Part shown: positions 49,901 through 64,000 of the stretch, in pieces
Layout: every line of letters starts with the position of its first letter
Numbering within the stretch: position 1 is the stretch's first letter
Assembly: GCA_051294375.1 (NCBI GenBank)
Contig: CM119270.1
Location: forward strand, 6,448,369-6,512,368
Direction of reading: 5' to 3'
Length of the DNA: 64,000 nt
Source of the DNA: Paraspadella gotoi
Taxonomy: Eukaryota > Animalia > Chaetognatha
Program-made: the position numbers and the translations under genes
The notes under the pieces: generated by a model
Seen by the model: the letters and a program-made list of their open reading frames with translations, nothing else
Told to the model about the DNA's origin: nothing
The model's database searches: none

Positions 49901-52439
49901 CCCTCTCCTCCGAGGGCCATCAGGGGAGTCGTCTACCATTTCAGGGTCAGCCATATTTTCTATTCTCTCGCGTCATTAGGACCATTTAATGACGTCACTG
50001 CAACCTCTTTTTTGACGTCACTGCACCCTCTTTGCACCCGCTTTTTATTCTATTTTCACGGTCCTTATTATTAATTAACCTGTCATTCTTCTAATCTTAT
50101 AAAGTTTAAAAACTGTTTTCATTCCTTTTTAGTGACTGTGTGCTTCGGCCACGTCCCTATATTTCTATATTTCCAACCTCATCCCACTCTTATTTCAACC
50201 CTCCTCCCCTTTCCACCCAAATTCNNNNNNNNNNNNNNNNNNNNNNNNNNNNNNNNNNNNNNNNNNNNNNNNNNNNNNNNNNNNNNNNNNNNNNNNNNNN
50301 NNNNNNNNNNNNNNNNNNNNNNNNNNNNNNNNNNNNNNNNNNNNNNNNNNNNNNNNNNNNNNNNNNNNNNNNNNNNNNNNNNNNNNNNNNNNNNNNNNNN
50401 NNNNNNNNNNNNTTTTTTTTTTCTTTCGGCGGTCGAGGTGATTCGGGTCAGAGGATTGGTGAGTACTGAGGTGAAACGTGAGACGAGGTGATTGGTGACT
50501 GGTGAGATATCGTGAATCAGGGTAAAGCCGAAGTACGCTCCGGAGATCGATAAAGTGGTAAACACGTGGGGAGTTTTGTCCAGGTGTACGTGTGTGATAT
50601 TCGTGAACCAAAACTCGGAGGCAGAGTGAGAATTTACTGTGGAGTAACGAATGTGAGGGACCTTCACAAAAAAACGTAAAGCTGATTGGTGAAGAGCTCA
50701 GTGAATTTTGAGATCGAAGAGGACTTATTTGCGATCGAAGAATTGAACAATAAGAATTGACGTATTGCACGAAGAGATCGCATATCATCATTGATTCCCG
50801 CCGACTCATTATGCCGCTCAGAACCCTCACCGCGATATGCCAGGCAAGAAACAAATGCCACATGAAATCAGCTCCCCTGTAAACCACGCCGCACATTGAC
50901 CAAAGTAAGGCTCCACATTTTTGTTTCTTGCTTTGTGCTTCCTCCTCCTCGAGACGGCGAATCCATTTTGGACATAACTCACGTCAGTTGTCCCTTACCA
51001 CACTTCACTTTACCTCGCCCTGCCTCAATCAGCCTACCCTAACCTCAACTCCCTTTAACTCACCTCAGCCAGCCTCAGCTCGCCCAGCCTTCGACCGAAC
51101 TTACCGGTTGCCACCTCCAAGGGAAAAAATGTCGCGCAAATCGAAGTTTTGCTGCGGCTCCATGGCACCATGGAATCGCTGTGGCGCTAATTGGAAACGC
51201 GCTCACTCTCTCCTCTCTCTCTCTCTNNNNNNNNNNNNNNNNNNNNNNNNNNNNNNNNNNNNNNNNNNNNNNNNNNNNNNNNNNNNNNNNNNNNNNNNNN
51301 NNNNNNNNNNNNNNNNNNNNNNNNNNNNNNNNNNNNNNNTCTCTCTCTCTCTCTCTTCTTCCCTCAATCCCCTTTCTCACTCTTTCCCACGCCCTCTCTC
51401 TCTCTCAGTCTCTGCCAACGAGCAGATCTAATTAGTCTTCGATGTAAATTCTCCCATTTTTAATCCAACGCGAGGGAAAGTCGTAAATTTACTTATTCAA
51501 AAGTGTTAAGCGTAAAAAAGAAATTCGTTATATTTTTAAAAAAAAATTAAGTTAACCTTCCTTTCGTACTCTTAATATCTAAAGGCTAAACAAAACGTTG
51601 GTCTCTCTCTCNNNNNNNNNNNNNNNNNNNNNNNNNNNNNNNNNNNNNNNNNNNNNNNNNNNNNNNNNNNNNNNNNNNNNNNNNNNNNNNNNNNNNNNNN
51701 NNNNNNNNNNNNNNNNNNNNNNNNNNNNNNNNNNNNNNNNNNNNNNNNNNNNNNNTCTCTCTCCCTTTTTTTCTCTCATTCGATTCTTCATCTTTCAGTT
51801 TATTTCCCTCCCATTTTTGAGTCTTGATTTTTCTCCTTATGTTTTTGTTTTTCTTTATAACATTTAATTAAATTCGAGTTTTTTTCTTTTTCCTAATGAA
51901 ATTTTGCTTTTCTTCAATTTCGTCCCCTTTTTCAATTTTTTTTTCATGAGATATTTAGATGAGGAACTTTATTGAGAAAATAAATTTTTTTTCTTCTTAG
52001 ACAATATTTTATTTGTAATTTAGGTTCGAGTTGATGCGTAATTTTTTTTCTTAAAAAATACAACTGTTAAAAGACTCTTTCCACAGACAATTAATACCTT
52101 CTTTCTTTTCTCGACCCTCGATAGCAGTAAGGGGGCAGAAACGTTACTCCAAATTGACGTAAATCAGTTGGCGTAAATCAAATATTTAAAAGTCAAACTT
52201 GGAATTAACGATTAAAGTACACTTCGATTGGCTTAATATAAGGTTTAAAACCATCCAATAAAGAAAATCAGTATTTTTAAAAATTTTGTGCAATACCCTA
52301 CCCTCGTTGCTCTTTTGTTGAATAATTTGGAGGCGAATCCTTCTTTTCCCGATAAACAATCCAAAAGGGGTTTCTAAAAATGTAAAAGAGAAGTTTGGGC
52401 ACGGCAAAAGTGAGCGCGAATAGAAGGAAATAGTGAGAG

Positions 52440-53400
52440 GCAAAAGGAAAAATAAAGAAGACGGAGATTAATCAAGAAAAGAATTAAGAAGCTGGATAAT
52501 AAGGAGCGGTACACATCACGAACATGCACATTGAAAGAAAAAGAGGTTGAGATGAAATAAAGCAACGAAAAGAGAGGAAAAAGGAGAAAAAAAGAAGAGA
52601 GATTAAAGGAAAAAGAATTAATGAGCTCGATAAATAAGAGCGGAATAGAAATGAATTGAAGAAAGAGTTTGAGATGAAATAATAGCCCAAGAAAAGAGAG
52701 GAAAAAGGAAAAAAAAGAGAAAGAAGAATAAAAAGAAAAGAATTAAGAGCTGATAATAAGGAGCGGAATAGAAAATGACATTGGAAGAAAAGAGGGTTTG
52801 AGATGATAATAAAGCAAGAAAAGAGAGGAAAAATGGAAAAAAAAGAAGAGAGATAAAAGAAAAGAACTTAAGAGCTGATAATAAGGAGCGGAATAGAAAT
52901 TTGACATTTGAAGAAAAGAGGTTTGAGATGAAATAAAGGCAAGAAAAGAGAGGAAAAAAAGGAAAAAAAAAAAGGAAGAGAGATAAAGAAAAGGAATTAA
53001 GAGCTGATAATAAGGAGCGGAATAGAAATGACATTTGAGAAAAGACTGTTTGAGATGGAAATAAAGCAAGGGAAAAAGAGAGGAAAAAGGAAAAAAAAAG
53101 AAGGAGAGATAAAGAAAAAGAATTAAGAGCTGATAATAAGCCGAGCGAATAGAAATGACCATTGAAGAAAAGATGGTTTTAGATGAATAAAAGGCCAAGA
53201 AATGAGAGGAAAAAGGAAAAAAAAAGAAAGAGAGATAAAAGAAAAGTAATTAAGAGCTGATAATAAGGAGCGGAATTAGAAATAATGACATTGAAGAAAA
53301 GAGGTTTGATGATGAAATAAGCAAAAGAAGAAAAGAGAGGAAAAAGGAAAAAAAAGAAGAGAGATAAAAGAAAAGAATTAAGAGCTGATAATAAGGAGCT
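52440..53400. repeat. ~125-130-bp purine-rich tandem repeat, ~8 copies
   Basis: AATTAAGAGCTGATAATAAGGAGCGGAATAGAAATGACATT..GAAGAAAAGAGGTTTGAGATGAAATAAAGCAAG recurs at regular spacing. Confidence 0.9.
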
Positions 53401-53819
53401 GATAAAGAAGTAACAGGGCAAAGAGAAACAGATAGAAGACATAAACTTGCTAAGAACCAAGAGGGCAGAGGGTAAGAGATATAATAAGAAATTTAATGTG
53501 CATACATAAAAAGAGAAGGTGTTATTATGGGCCTTGACATGAAGGAAGGTAGTCCTCATGGAAATGAGATGCGTTGCAGATAAGGTTATAGAACCCCCAT
53601 CTACAGGGAATTCGGTGAAACACAGAAAATCAGTTGTTAACGCAAGAAAATAAGGTGCAGACATGAGGAAATAAGAGGAGAAAATGAGCTATGTTTTTTT
53701 AATTTTACCAGAATTTTCCGGACGTCGACTGTATAGTACAAAAATCAAAGATCCCTCTTTGATACCTGTGCGAACACATACGTTTATCGTTCTCAACAGG
53801 CCCACTCTCTCTTCATCTA

Positions 53820-53850
<31 letters not shown>

Positions 53851-53971
53851 TCTCCTCTCTCTTTCTCTCTTTCTTTCTCTTTCTCTCTTCCTCTCTCTTC
53901 TTCTCTCTTCTCTCTCTTCTCTTCTCTCTCTCTTCTCTCTCTCTCTCTACTCTTCTCTCTTTCTCTTCTTG

Positions 53972-54028
<57 letters not shown>

Positions 54029-54934
54029 ATCTATCTCTTCTTTTCTTTCTTTACTTTCTATCTCTCTATTCACTTAGAGAGAAAAAGAGAGAGAGAAATA
54101 TAAGCAAGCAGATCGATGTTTCAATGACATCATGACTGCTGCTGTGTGAGACAATCAACACTTGACTGTCCCAAGAGCAACGAGCTTTGTAATCAACCAA
54201 GGAATTCACTTCTCACTGAGAATTTCTCAGCTCACGCGTCCCACATAAAATTCTTTGATTCACTTTTCTTTCTTTCTTTCTGTGACCTAATTCTGTCCCA
54301 AGTCCACGAGCCACGCCTTTACAATTTTCGCCACGTGGCGCCAGTGTTTAAATAATTGACGTCCTAGCGATGAAAGGTAAAATTTCTTTTGTGATTCTAT
54401 GATTGATATCCGTGTATAAATGTATTGGCGCACTTTATACAAACGTAATCTTGCCTATGAAAATTGCAAAATTACTTGTTTCAGTATTTTAAGTATTAGA
54501 TTTTATAATTTATAATATTCATTAAAATTATATATTACGAATTCTATATTTTTTGTTGTAATTTTAATTTGAAAATATTATGAAATTGGTACAACCAATA
54601 TAAAAATTATCCATTCATTTTATAAATAAGCTATATATTATTATTGGGAAAGGGTTGTTAGTGTTGTCTTCTGGAAATAGAGGGAGAATCTATAATTTGC
54701 CTATATAATTTGTATGATTTAATAACACATATTTAATTGTTCTAATATAGTATTTTATTTATTTTCAAGAGGTTCTTCTAATCTCAATTCACCAATCACC
54801 ATGAGACAGTCCGTCCGTCTGTTTTTTGGTTCGTCTGTTAGTCCGTCTAAATCAAAAGGCTAATCATCTTACCCGTCACTTTATCAGCCGATCCCAGAGC
54901 CACGCCTTGCAACCGCCACCTTTCACCGTGCCAT

Positions 54935-55180
54935 CGAAGCCGTTGATTTGTGCCATTTTAGGCGTTGCTTCCTGCCTTCGAGGCCATCGCTTCATGCCAT
55001 TTTAGCCGTTGCTTCCTGCCTTCGCGACCGTTGCTTCGTGCCATTTTGGGCGTTGCTTCCTGCCTTCGCGACTGTAGCTTTGTGCCATTTTGGGCGTTGC
55101 TTTCTGCCATTGAGGCCGTAACTTCGTGCCATTTTGGCTGTTGCTACCTGCCATCAAGGCCGTTGCCTCCTGCCACTTTC
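54935..55180. repeat. ~42-bp tandem repeat, ~5-6 copies
   Basis: Consensus approximately GCCGTTGCTTCGTGCCATTTTRGGCGTTGCTTCCTGCCTTCGAG. Confidence 0.85.
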
Positions 55181-57215
55181 CAGGCCTTTTTCATCGTTTC
55201 ATCCACTTGAATTATCTTCGTTGCGACGAAAGACGTTGACCTTGTTGTTGTTGTCGTCGTCGTTGTCGTCGTTGTGCCCCACATTGTCTCGTTCCCCTCG
55301 AGGCGATAACGCCGTCGGACGTGCCCTTCTCTCTCCCATTAAACCCCGATCAAGGAGTCCCCCTACGCCTCCCTCCGTTTGTCCGAACTGATTAGCTCAA
55401 CCTCCTTTTCCTACCAACTTCACCCTTTCGTTGACGCTACTAAAGCCAAACCATATTTGTACTATTTCAATATCAAAGTTGACAAAGTTTGTTAATTGAA
55501 GTTAATTTCATTTACAGGGTAGGGATTCAAAGTCTAGAAAATCTGTATAGCTTTATAATTTTTTCATATTGTGACCCATTAAAAAAAAATTGAATGGAAA
55601 ATTCTTAACCAGTCCTTGTTATAACTAATTATGCCTGATTTGTCATGTTATTACTCACCACGCATCACCGTCCGACTGGTTATTTACCCTTTTCTTTCCT
55701 GTTAACCTAATGTGCTTCATCCCCGCCGGTCTTTCCACCAAAACCCCCATATTTCCTCCCGACCCGCCAATCTAAACCCTCTTTAACACCCCTTTATCAC
55801 CCCTTCCACTGCCCGTCTCCCCGTTGTCCTACTTACATAACCCGCGGGACCAGAACCTGGATCAAGACTCGAGCCTCACACGAACGAAAGCTACAATTTA
55901 CAAGCCACCNNNNNNNNNNNNNNNNNNNNNNNNNNNNNNNNNNNNNNNNNNNNNNNNNNNNNNNNNNNNNNNNNNNNNNNNNNNNNNNNNNNNNNNNNNN
56001 NNNNNNNNNNNNNNNNNNNNNNNNNNNNNNNNNNNNNNNNNNNNNNNNNNNNNNNNNNNNNNNNNNNNNNNNNNNNNNNNNNNNNNNNNNNNNNNNNNNN
56101 NNNNNNNNNNNNNNNNNNNNNNNNNNNNNNNNNNNNNNNNNNNNNNNNNNNNNNNNNNNNNNNNNNNNNNNNNNNNNNNNNNNNNNNNNNNNNNNNNNNN
56201 NNNNNNNNNNNNNNNNNNNNNNNNNNNNNNNNNNNNNNNNNNNNNNNNNNNNNNNNNNNNNNNNNNNNNNNNNNNNNNNNNNNNNNNNNNNNNNNNNNNN
56301 NNNNNNNNNNNNNNNNNNNNNNNNNNNNNNNNNNNNNNNNNNNNNNNNNNNNNNNNNNNNNNNNNNNNNNNNNNNNNNNNNNNNNNNNNNNNNNNNNNNN
56401 NNNNNNNNNNNNNNNNNNNNNNNNNNNNNNNNNNNNNNNNNNNNNNNNNNNNNNNNNNNNNNNNNAACGATGACGACGACGATGAAGACGACAAAAGAGA
56501 TTCATTGTTTATTTTAAAAACTGTGTGTTATTTTAAAAACAGGTTTAAACAAAATTGCTTCTCAGTTGTTGATTGTTGATCAGTAAAACATTAATATAAA
56601 AGAAAAAAAATGGTAAAAATCAAATGTGCTATTACGTATAATCTTGGATTACTAGGTGGTTGAAGGGCAGAAAAGTGGCTGAAAAAAAAAAAGAAAAAGA
56701 AAGAAATGAAAAAAGAAATAGAGAAGTGACTGGGAAGAGAATAAAAAATAATAAAAAGAGAAGAAAAAAAGAAGAAATAGTAAAGAAAAGGAATAGGAGA
56801 AAAGAAACGAGCGGAAATTCAAGCGGAAAAGAAGGAAAGGAGAAAAATGAAGAAAAATGAAGGCGCGATAAGTTTGGGCGGAGAAATGTAGGCGGAGGAA
56901 GGAGAGACGTGGATGAGAAGGAGAAGAAGGAGAAGAAGAAGAAGAAGAAGAAGAAGAAGAAGAAGAAGAAAAAGGAAGAGGAGAAGAATAAGAAGAAGAA
57001 GAAGAAGAAGAAGAAGAGATAGGAGAAGAAATAGAAGAAGTAGAAGAAGAAGAGGGTAAAAATGGAGGAAGAAAAAGAAGTTGCAAATGCGGGAGGCAAA
57101 ATATAAAAAGACAAAGAAAGTAATGAAGAAACAGAAAAATATTAAAGTTAAATATATAAAGAATATGTTGACATAGTGAAAAAAGCCTTTCGTTTCGTTG
57201 CGTTTTAATATTGAC

Positions 57216-57361
57216 AGAGAAAACAAAGTATATTTTTGTTTACAAACGATTTTTATTTTTGAAACGAAAATTTTTCGACTCTTTTTTCGAGTCTACTGCA
57301 TTGAAAATGTTTTAAAAATAAAACTCGTTGTTTGTGAACAAAAATATACTTTGTTTTCTCT
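57216..57361. repeat. Imperfect ~50-bp-arm inverted repeat (foldback or MITE-like)
   Basis: AGAGAAAACAAAGTATATTTTTGTTTACAAAC pairs with GTTTGTGAACAAAAATATACTTTGTTTTCTCT. Confidence 0.7.
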
Positions 57362-58752
57362 CTGAATAAAGAATAAGTTGAAAAAAAAAGTAAAGATCCA
57401 GAGGTAAAAAAAAAGAATAAAGAAGGAAAAGAAAGAAGAGTGAAGGACTTCGGGTCATCGTGACCACAGGTTTTTTTGCACTCCTTGCGTCTTTCTCAGC
57501 TCATCTCCGTGGTTGGTTGGTTCGCTCGTCAGAGAAGTTTAGATATAATTATATGTACTATGTTGGATTAAGAGGGGAGTGGATATTTGTAATTAAGATC
57601 TGGTATGGAAGGAGGAATACTGCGATAAGGAACGAATAGACGAAAAATATTAATTAGGAAAGGGAAAAAATTGTAAAATAACACAAAAATGATGTAGTAT
57701 TATATAACATATAATGAAGCCGAGTAATCTATACATAGTAGTTAATAAACTGGTCAGAATTGATAGACATGTTGCAGGTTCTTGGAGAGTCATTATCTTG
57801 CTAGTGTGATAGAAGAGAGATGGCGAGATTAGAGCGATGACGATTGGATCGAATAAATCATAAAAAAAACTAACGCTGTTAAGAATAATAATAATAATAA
57901 ACATTTAAACTAGAACCGTATTTTAATCCGCCTGCAACATAAGCCCGCGGTTTTTAAAAAAACCTTCAGAAGATGCAATAAGACATGATACTAATAACCA
58001 AATAAATGAATAATAATTTTGATGATAATAATAAATAATAATGAAAATGGAACTGAAGGAAAGACCAAAAAGAAAACGAAAAAGGAAGAAAATTGAAAAG
58101 GGAAGGAAAAGGAGATGAAAAGAAAAGGAAATGAAAAGAAAAGGAAAAGAAAAGGAAAAGAAAAGGAAAAGAAAGGCGGAAGAAAGAAAAGTAATGCAGT
58201 AGAGAAAGGAGACAATAAAAGGCAGACAAGAGGGCGGAAGATAAGAGAGGAGGAAGAGGAGGAGGAAGATGAGGAAAGAATAATAAGCACGGAATCGGGC
58301 CGGAACGGAGGGATAAGAAGAAACTCAAATAAAAAAGGTGATGGCATAAACCGTTGAACCACCTGTAAACGCGAAGCACATCTTACTGGGGGCGTGCTAA
58401 GGTGAGTGAGTGAAGGGAAAAACGAGCAGAGAGAGAGAAGAAGACGAGAGAAGATGAGAGAGAGATGAGAGATGAGAGAGAGAGAGAGACGATGATGAGA
58501 GACGAGATGAGAGAGAGAGAGAGAGAGAACTTCGCTGCCGTTAATAAGAAAAAGAAACAACTCGATTTACCAAAACAGCAAATAAACTTAGAAAAAGTAT
58601 TAGAAGAACAGAAAAATGGATAGACGGATAGAAAGATAAGAGAAAATGAAATAAAGAAAAGAAAAGAAAAAAAAAGGAAAAAACGAAAGAAAAATATATA
58701 CAGAAAGATAGAAAGAAAGAAATAAAGAAAGAAAGAAAGACAAATGAAAATA

Positions 58753-58842
<90 letters not shown>

Positions 58843-60730
58843 CCAGGTTATCCGATTAATAATCTCATCGATTCAAAACCAACACCACTTTCCCCCCCTT
58901 TTTTCCTTGTTTTCCTTTTTCTCTCGTTTTCCTTTTCATTTCTCCTTTTCTTTCCTCCCTTTTTCCTCGCACTACATCCCCTTCCTCTTTCCTTCCTCTT
59001 CCTCTTCCTCCTCTTCTCGTTCCTCCTCCATACTTTTCAGCGTTGATGTGATAGAAACAATTTTTTGGGAGGAGACTTATTGAATATACGCGCATCTGCG
59101 TCCCTATAAACGGTAATGACTTTGCTCCTATGAACAGAGAGCGAGAGAGAAGAGACATCTAGAGAGATTGAGCTGATGGAGCAGGAGAGCACGAGAGAGA
59201 GAGAGGAGAACGAGAGATGAGAGATAAGATGAGGAGATGGGAGGGGAAGTGATGAGTGAGTATAGAGTTTATCGTATTTGCGATTAGTTACGAAAAAATG
59301 GATATCTTGTAATGTTAAAAAATGACTTAAAATCCAAAAAGAAAATATATACTGTCAACTGCGTACTTACTCACACAGTTGTAGATACTGTAATCCTCAT
59401 ACTAACCAACTAAACTCTCATACTCCAAGAAGCCGTCCAAACTGAAAATACGGTAAAACTCTCCAACCGTGACGCCGACAAATTGTCAAACCGTCAACCC
59501 GTCAAAATGTCAAAACTGTCATCGTGCTTCTCTTTTTCTCATGACCAAGTTCGAGTTTCCGGCGCCGGCGCCCCTCGGCCTTCCGCCTCCCATTTCTTTT
59601 TTCTCTTTCGCCCCAGATTCTTTTCTCTCTCCTTTCGTTTTGTTTTGTTTTGTTTTGTTTTTGCTTCTTTCCTTTCGGTTTTCTTGTTTCTCCGTCGTGG
59701 AAAAAAAAACACTGGTCGACTTTTGGGGCGTATTTTACAAAAGCGTCCCGGTTCAGGTTAAATTCGACGAAATGTTTATTACTTTATCGGCCGAAAAATA
59801 ATAAGGAATTTTATTTAAAAAAAAAACAGGGCTTTTTAAAATATTTACTGTATGAAAAATACTGAAAAGAAAAGAAAAATTAAATATAGGTAGTGTAAGG
59901 TTAAGTCTAACTAAAAACAGAAAAATAATCTTTCAAATAAGAAACATATTTGAATTGGGTTTAAGGTCGGGCATTAGGTTTGTATTGGCATTAGGTTTTA
60001 GTAATTAAGATTTAGGGTTAATATTAAGTGTTAATATTAAGTGTTAAGGATTAAACAAGCATTAGGTCAGAGTCAGAGATTTGGATCAGAGATTTGGGTT
60101 AAAATTACGTTTACAGATAAGGAGCAGAAATACAGAACAGAAAATAGAGCCGACTTTTGTTTCTTACTCCAAACAGACTTCACGGCAGGAGGGGGAAAAT
60201 CCCCTTTTTTTTCTCATCGCTGAGTCGAGATTTATTCTGGGATTTAGATTTACTATCGATATTCATTATCGATTCACTATAAATATTTGGATTAATTAAC
60301 CATTAACCAATTACACATCCTCCCTACGGTAACTCATTCCCCTTGCTCCTTTCTCTCATTTACTTCCCCTCCCACCCCTGCCCTTTCTCCTCCACCCTCA
60401 CCCCCTCACTCGGCCAAACGACCAAAACCACAATTTTATGACCGATAATTTTCACTAGCGTCTTAAACGAGCCCCCTCTCTGTCTGTCCCTCTCTCCGTC
60501 CTTCCGTTCATCCCTCAATTATGTCTCTTTGGTCCGACGTCGCTTCTTCTCTTTATTTCTTTTGCTTCCTCCATTTACTCATTTGCTTTTCTCTCTTAGT
60601 TCGTCCCTTCTCTCTCTCTCTTTGGTCACGTCCTTTGTTTATACGCTTTCTTTCTTTGTTTTTCTTTCTTTCTATCGTTATTTCTTACTTTTTTCTTTCT
60701 TTCTTATTACTGTTCTTTCTATTTTTTCCT

Positions 60731-60774
<44 letters not shown>

Positions 60775-61220
60775 TCCTTTTATCTTTATTGGTTTTTCAC
60801 GCCTTTAATTGCTGCCTTTATTTCCCTCCCTCTTTTCTTTCTCATTTTTTCACTCATCTTAAGTCTCTTTCCTCTTTCCTATCTCATCTCCTCTCTCCTC
60901 TCTCCTCTCTNNNNNNNNNNNNNNNNNNNNNNNNNNNNNNNNNNNNNNNNNNNNNNNNNNNNNNNNNNNNNNNNNNNNNNNNNNNNNNNNNNNNNNNNNN
61001 NNNNNNNNNNNNNNNNNNNNNNNNNNNNNNNNNNNNNNNNNNNNNNNNNNNNNNNNNNNNNNNNNNNNNNNNNNNNNNNNNNNNNNNNNNNNNNNNNNNN
61101 NNNNNNNNNNNNNNNNNNNNNNNNNNNNNNNNNNNNNNNNNNNNNNNNNNNNNNNNNNNNNNNNNNNNNNNNNNNNNNNNNNNNNNNNNNNNNNNNNNNN
61201 NNNNNNNNNNNNNNNNNNNN

Positions 61221-61251
<31 letters not shown>

Positions 61252-64000
61252 GCCAGGAGACGGACTAGAGCTAATGGATCATCAACTCATGTTGCTCTTT
61301 CTCTTTTTCTTCTTCTTCTAATCCTCTTTTTCCTCTTCTTCCTCGCTTTTTTATTTTTTTTCCCCTTATTTCCTCTTCGTCTTCTACTGCTACATATCAT
61401 ACTTTTGATAGTCTGGCTCACGGAAAAAAAAGGGAAGGATTTGATGCTCTTGTTAGTTGTTGTGAGAAGTTGAAAGGGAGAAAAAAAGACGGAAAAGATG
61501 GTCACTGGAAAGAGAATTCAGAGTTGTGATAAACCGGGAGCGAAGAGTGACATTGAAGGAGAGAAATGTTTGGATTGTTTTAAATGAGTTGGAAACAATA
61601 TTTAAAAATTCTCGCGTTATGGATTAGATATACGTACCTACTACATTTTGATCAAAACATAAAATAAATTAAACTATTGCGTAGTTGATCAGAGAGATTT
61701 ACAATTAAATTATTATTAGTTTGATTAAAACCGATTTGATTTGCATGACAGTCGAGTGGATCGGATGAATGTCGTTTATCTTTGCCCCTCGATGTTTTGA
61801 CATTTTGTTTACTCAACAAATATTGGAAGAATCATCGACAGAAAAATCGATTTGTTTTGAATCGGAGATTCCTTCCTTCTTTCCTTTCCTCTGTTTTTTC
61901 TTTTCTTTCCTCCTTTTTGAGAGTTCTTCACGGCTTCAAGGCTACGCTTCCTTTCTCTAGTCATGCGTGCTTAAATACTATTTACAACAATAAAAATAAA
62001 AATAAACAAAAAAATATATTAAAGAAGAACAACAACAACGACGAAAACTAACAAAACAAGCGAAACCAAAAAAATGATGTAAACAAATCGTCGTCTCGGC
62101 TGTTTTCGATTCCAGCGGCAAAACGACGGGANNNNNNNNNNNNNNNNNNNNNNNNNNNNNNNNNNNNNNNNNNNNNNNNNNNNNNNNNNNNNNNNNNNNN
62201 NNNNNNNNNNNNNNNNNNNNNNNNNNNNNNNNNNNNNNNNNNNNNNNNNNNNNNNNNNNNNNNNNNNNNNNNNNNNNNNNNNNNNNNNNNNNNNNNNNNN
62301 NNNNNNNNNNNNNNNNNNNNNNNNNNNNNNNNNNNNNNNNNNNNNNNNNNNNNNNNNNNNNNNNNNNNNNNNNNNNNNNNNNNNNNNNNNNNNNNNNNNN
62401 NNNNNNNNNNNNNNNNNNNNNNNNNNNNNNNNNNNNNNNNNNNNNNNNNNNNNNNNNNNNNNNNNNNNNNNNNNNNNNNNNNNNNNNNNNNNNNNNNNNN
62501 NNNNNNNNNNNNNNNNNNNNNNNNNNNNNNNNNNNNNNNNNNNNNNNNNNNNNNNNNNNNNNNNNNNNNNNNNNNNNNNNNNNNNNNNNNNNNNNNNNNN
62601 NNNNNNNNNNNNNNNNNNNNNNNNNNNNNNNNNNNNNNNNNNNNNNNNNNNNNNNNNNGGTTCGGGGTTGTCGTGCGAAACAAAAGTACACAGAGGGTCG
62701 AAATAGGCGTAAATAATACTTTGAAAGGTGGAAATGACCCCTATTGTGTTGGTTAAAAAAGTGGAAAACCCAGAGGCAACATTTCTTTTGGAAATGGACA
62801 CACCTCCAAAAAGATTGAGCTGGAAACCAGGGAAGTTAAGGCTTCAGGATTCTGTCTGAATAAATTGAAAATGACGTTAGTGGTTTGACTTTAAGTTGTG
62901 GAAATGGTAAAAAAAGGGTCAGGCTGAAAAATGTGGCTTAGGACGAGAGAGTTTTTTGGAGAAGCAGTCGCAATGGCAGAACAGGGGTTGGGCTCGAACA
63001 GGTGGCAAAAGTCGAAAAAGATGGCAATGGCTTGACTTGGTGGTATGTCTGGAAAAAAGGGCAATGGGAGAAACGGGTTTTGGCTAAAAAAAATGGCAAT
63101 GACTGGAAAAAGGTGGCAAAGGTGTAGAGAAATGGACTCGTGTCTGAAATGAGAAAAGGTTCGAACCAAAAGACCGGAAGGGAGTTCGAACTCTCTCGAC
63201 CGAAAATCTCAGTTAAATACCTTTGAGGTTAAAGGACTGAATTGGAGAGAGTTGAAGGATCGGAGAGAGTTGATTTGATGGAGCAGAGAGAGTTGATTTG
63301 ATNNNNNNNNNNNNNNNNNNNNNNNNNNNNNNNNNNNNNNNNNNNNNNNNNNNNNNNNNNNNNNNNNNNNNNNNNNNNNNNNNNNNNNNNNNNNNNNNNN
63401 NNNNNNNNNNNNNNNNNNNNNNNNNNNNNNNNNNNNNNNNNNNNNNNNNNNNNNNNNNNNNNNNNNNNNNNNNNNNNNNNNNNNNNNNNNNNNNNNNNNN
63501 NNNNNNNNNTGGAGCAGAGAGAGTTGATTTGATGGAGCAGAGAGAGTTGTTTTGACTTTTGAGGGATTTGAAAGAGCGAAAAAGCTAGATTTCAATTGCA
63601 GCTTAAAATTGGATTTCACACGGATGTTTTTTTCGCTGTTTCATTATGAATTATGACATTCCCTGGTCGGAAATGTTTTTAGATAATTGTGTACCGATGA
63701 GTGGTCTGCTAATGGGTGGTCTGCTTTTATATTTTGGTGAAGGGAAAAAGAGACAAAGTTTGAAAGGAGGGAAATGGGATTTTCGAAAAGAAGGGAGGAA
63801 GAGACAGAGGAAAAGGGAGGAAGAGACGGAGGAAAAGGTGGAAGATTCGCAGTAAGGAGAAGGAAGGAGGAAGAAAGATTCGGATGAAAAGTAAGAAACA
63901 GTTGGGGGAAAAGGAAGGGAGGAAAATGGAGGAAGAGACGGAGGAAAATGGAGGTATAGTGGAAAGAAAAGGAAGAAAAGGAAGAAACAGGCGGAGGAAA

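Noticed and set aside
50420-50900. Higher-complexity stretch with ~150-codon minus-strand ORFs
   Set aside because: No recognisable domain or convincing splice sites; left unassigned.
52440-53400. Regular repeats as a CRISPR-like array (also 21075-21185 and 54935-55180)
   Set aside because: Whole units repeat without unique spacers, there are no cas genes, and the context is eukaryotic.
59940-60110. TTAGG-rich tract (and a CCTAA-rich tract at ~16380-16580) as telomeric repeat
   Set aside because: Highly degenerate, with no run of perfect units.

Overview
Eukaryotic (animal-like) draft-assembly DNA: AT-rich, full of (GA)n, (GAAA)n and (GTC)n microsatellites and N-gaps, with spliceosomal genes. 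Most ORF-track entries are microsatellite or gap artefacts. Splicing by eye gives seven genes: the 5' part of an unknown gene running off the left edge (-); a secreted or surface Cys-rich/WAP-like/LDLa protein (-, 1690-7407); an MDM1-like centriolar microtubule-binding protein (-, 8816-19913); an AT-rich XK-related multi-pass membrane gene nested antisense in an MDM1 intron (+, 12527-15823); a signal-less ricin-B lectin (+, 20517-23165) absent from the ORF track; a type I multi-Ig receptor (+, from 34092); and a type II C-type lectin/SRCR receptor (+, 45517-47869). The most notable non-genic signal is a set of minimal hammerhead-ribozyme motifs of the Penelope-like-element type. Two insertions carry them, each bounded by an exact 16-bp direct repeat (7709-7969, an inverted double hammerhead; 15832-15917, at the stop codon of the nested gene). 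A further motif lies at ~30934. There is also a complete 657-bp TRIM-like LTR element with a tRNA-Trp-like PBS, a PPT and a 4-bp TSD. Gene models and family calls are manual inferences from motifs; no database search was run, and the species cannot be identified from this window.
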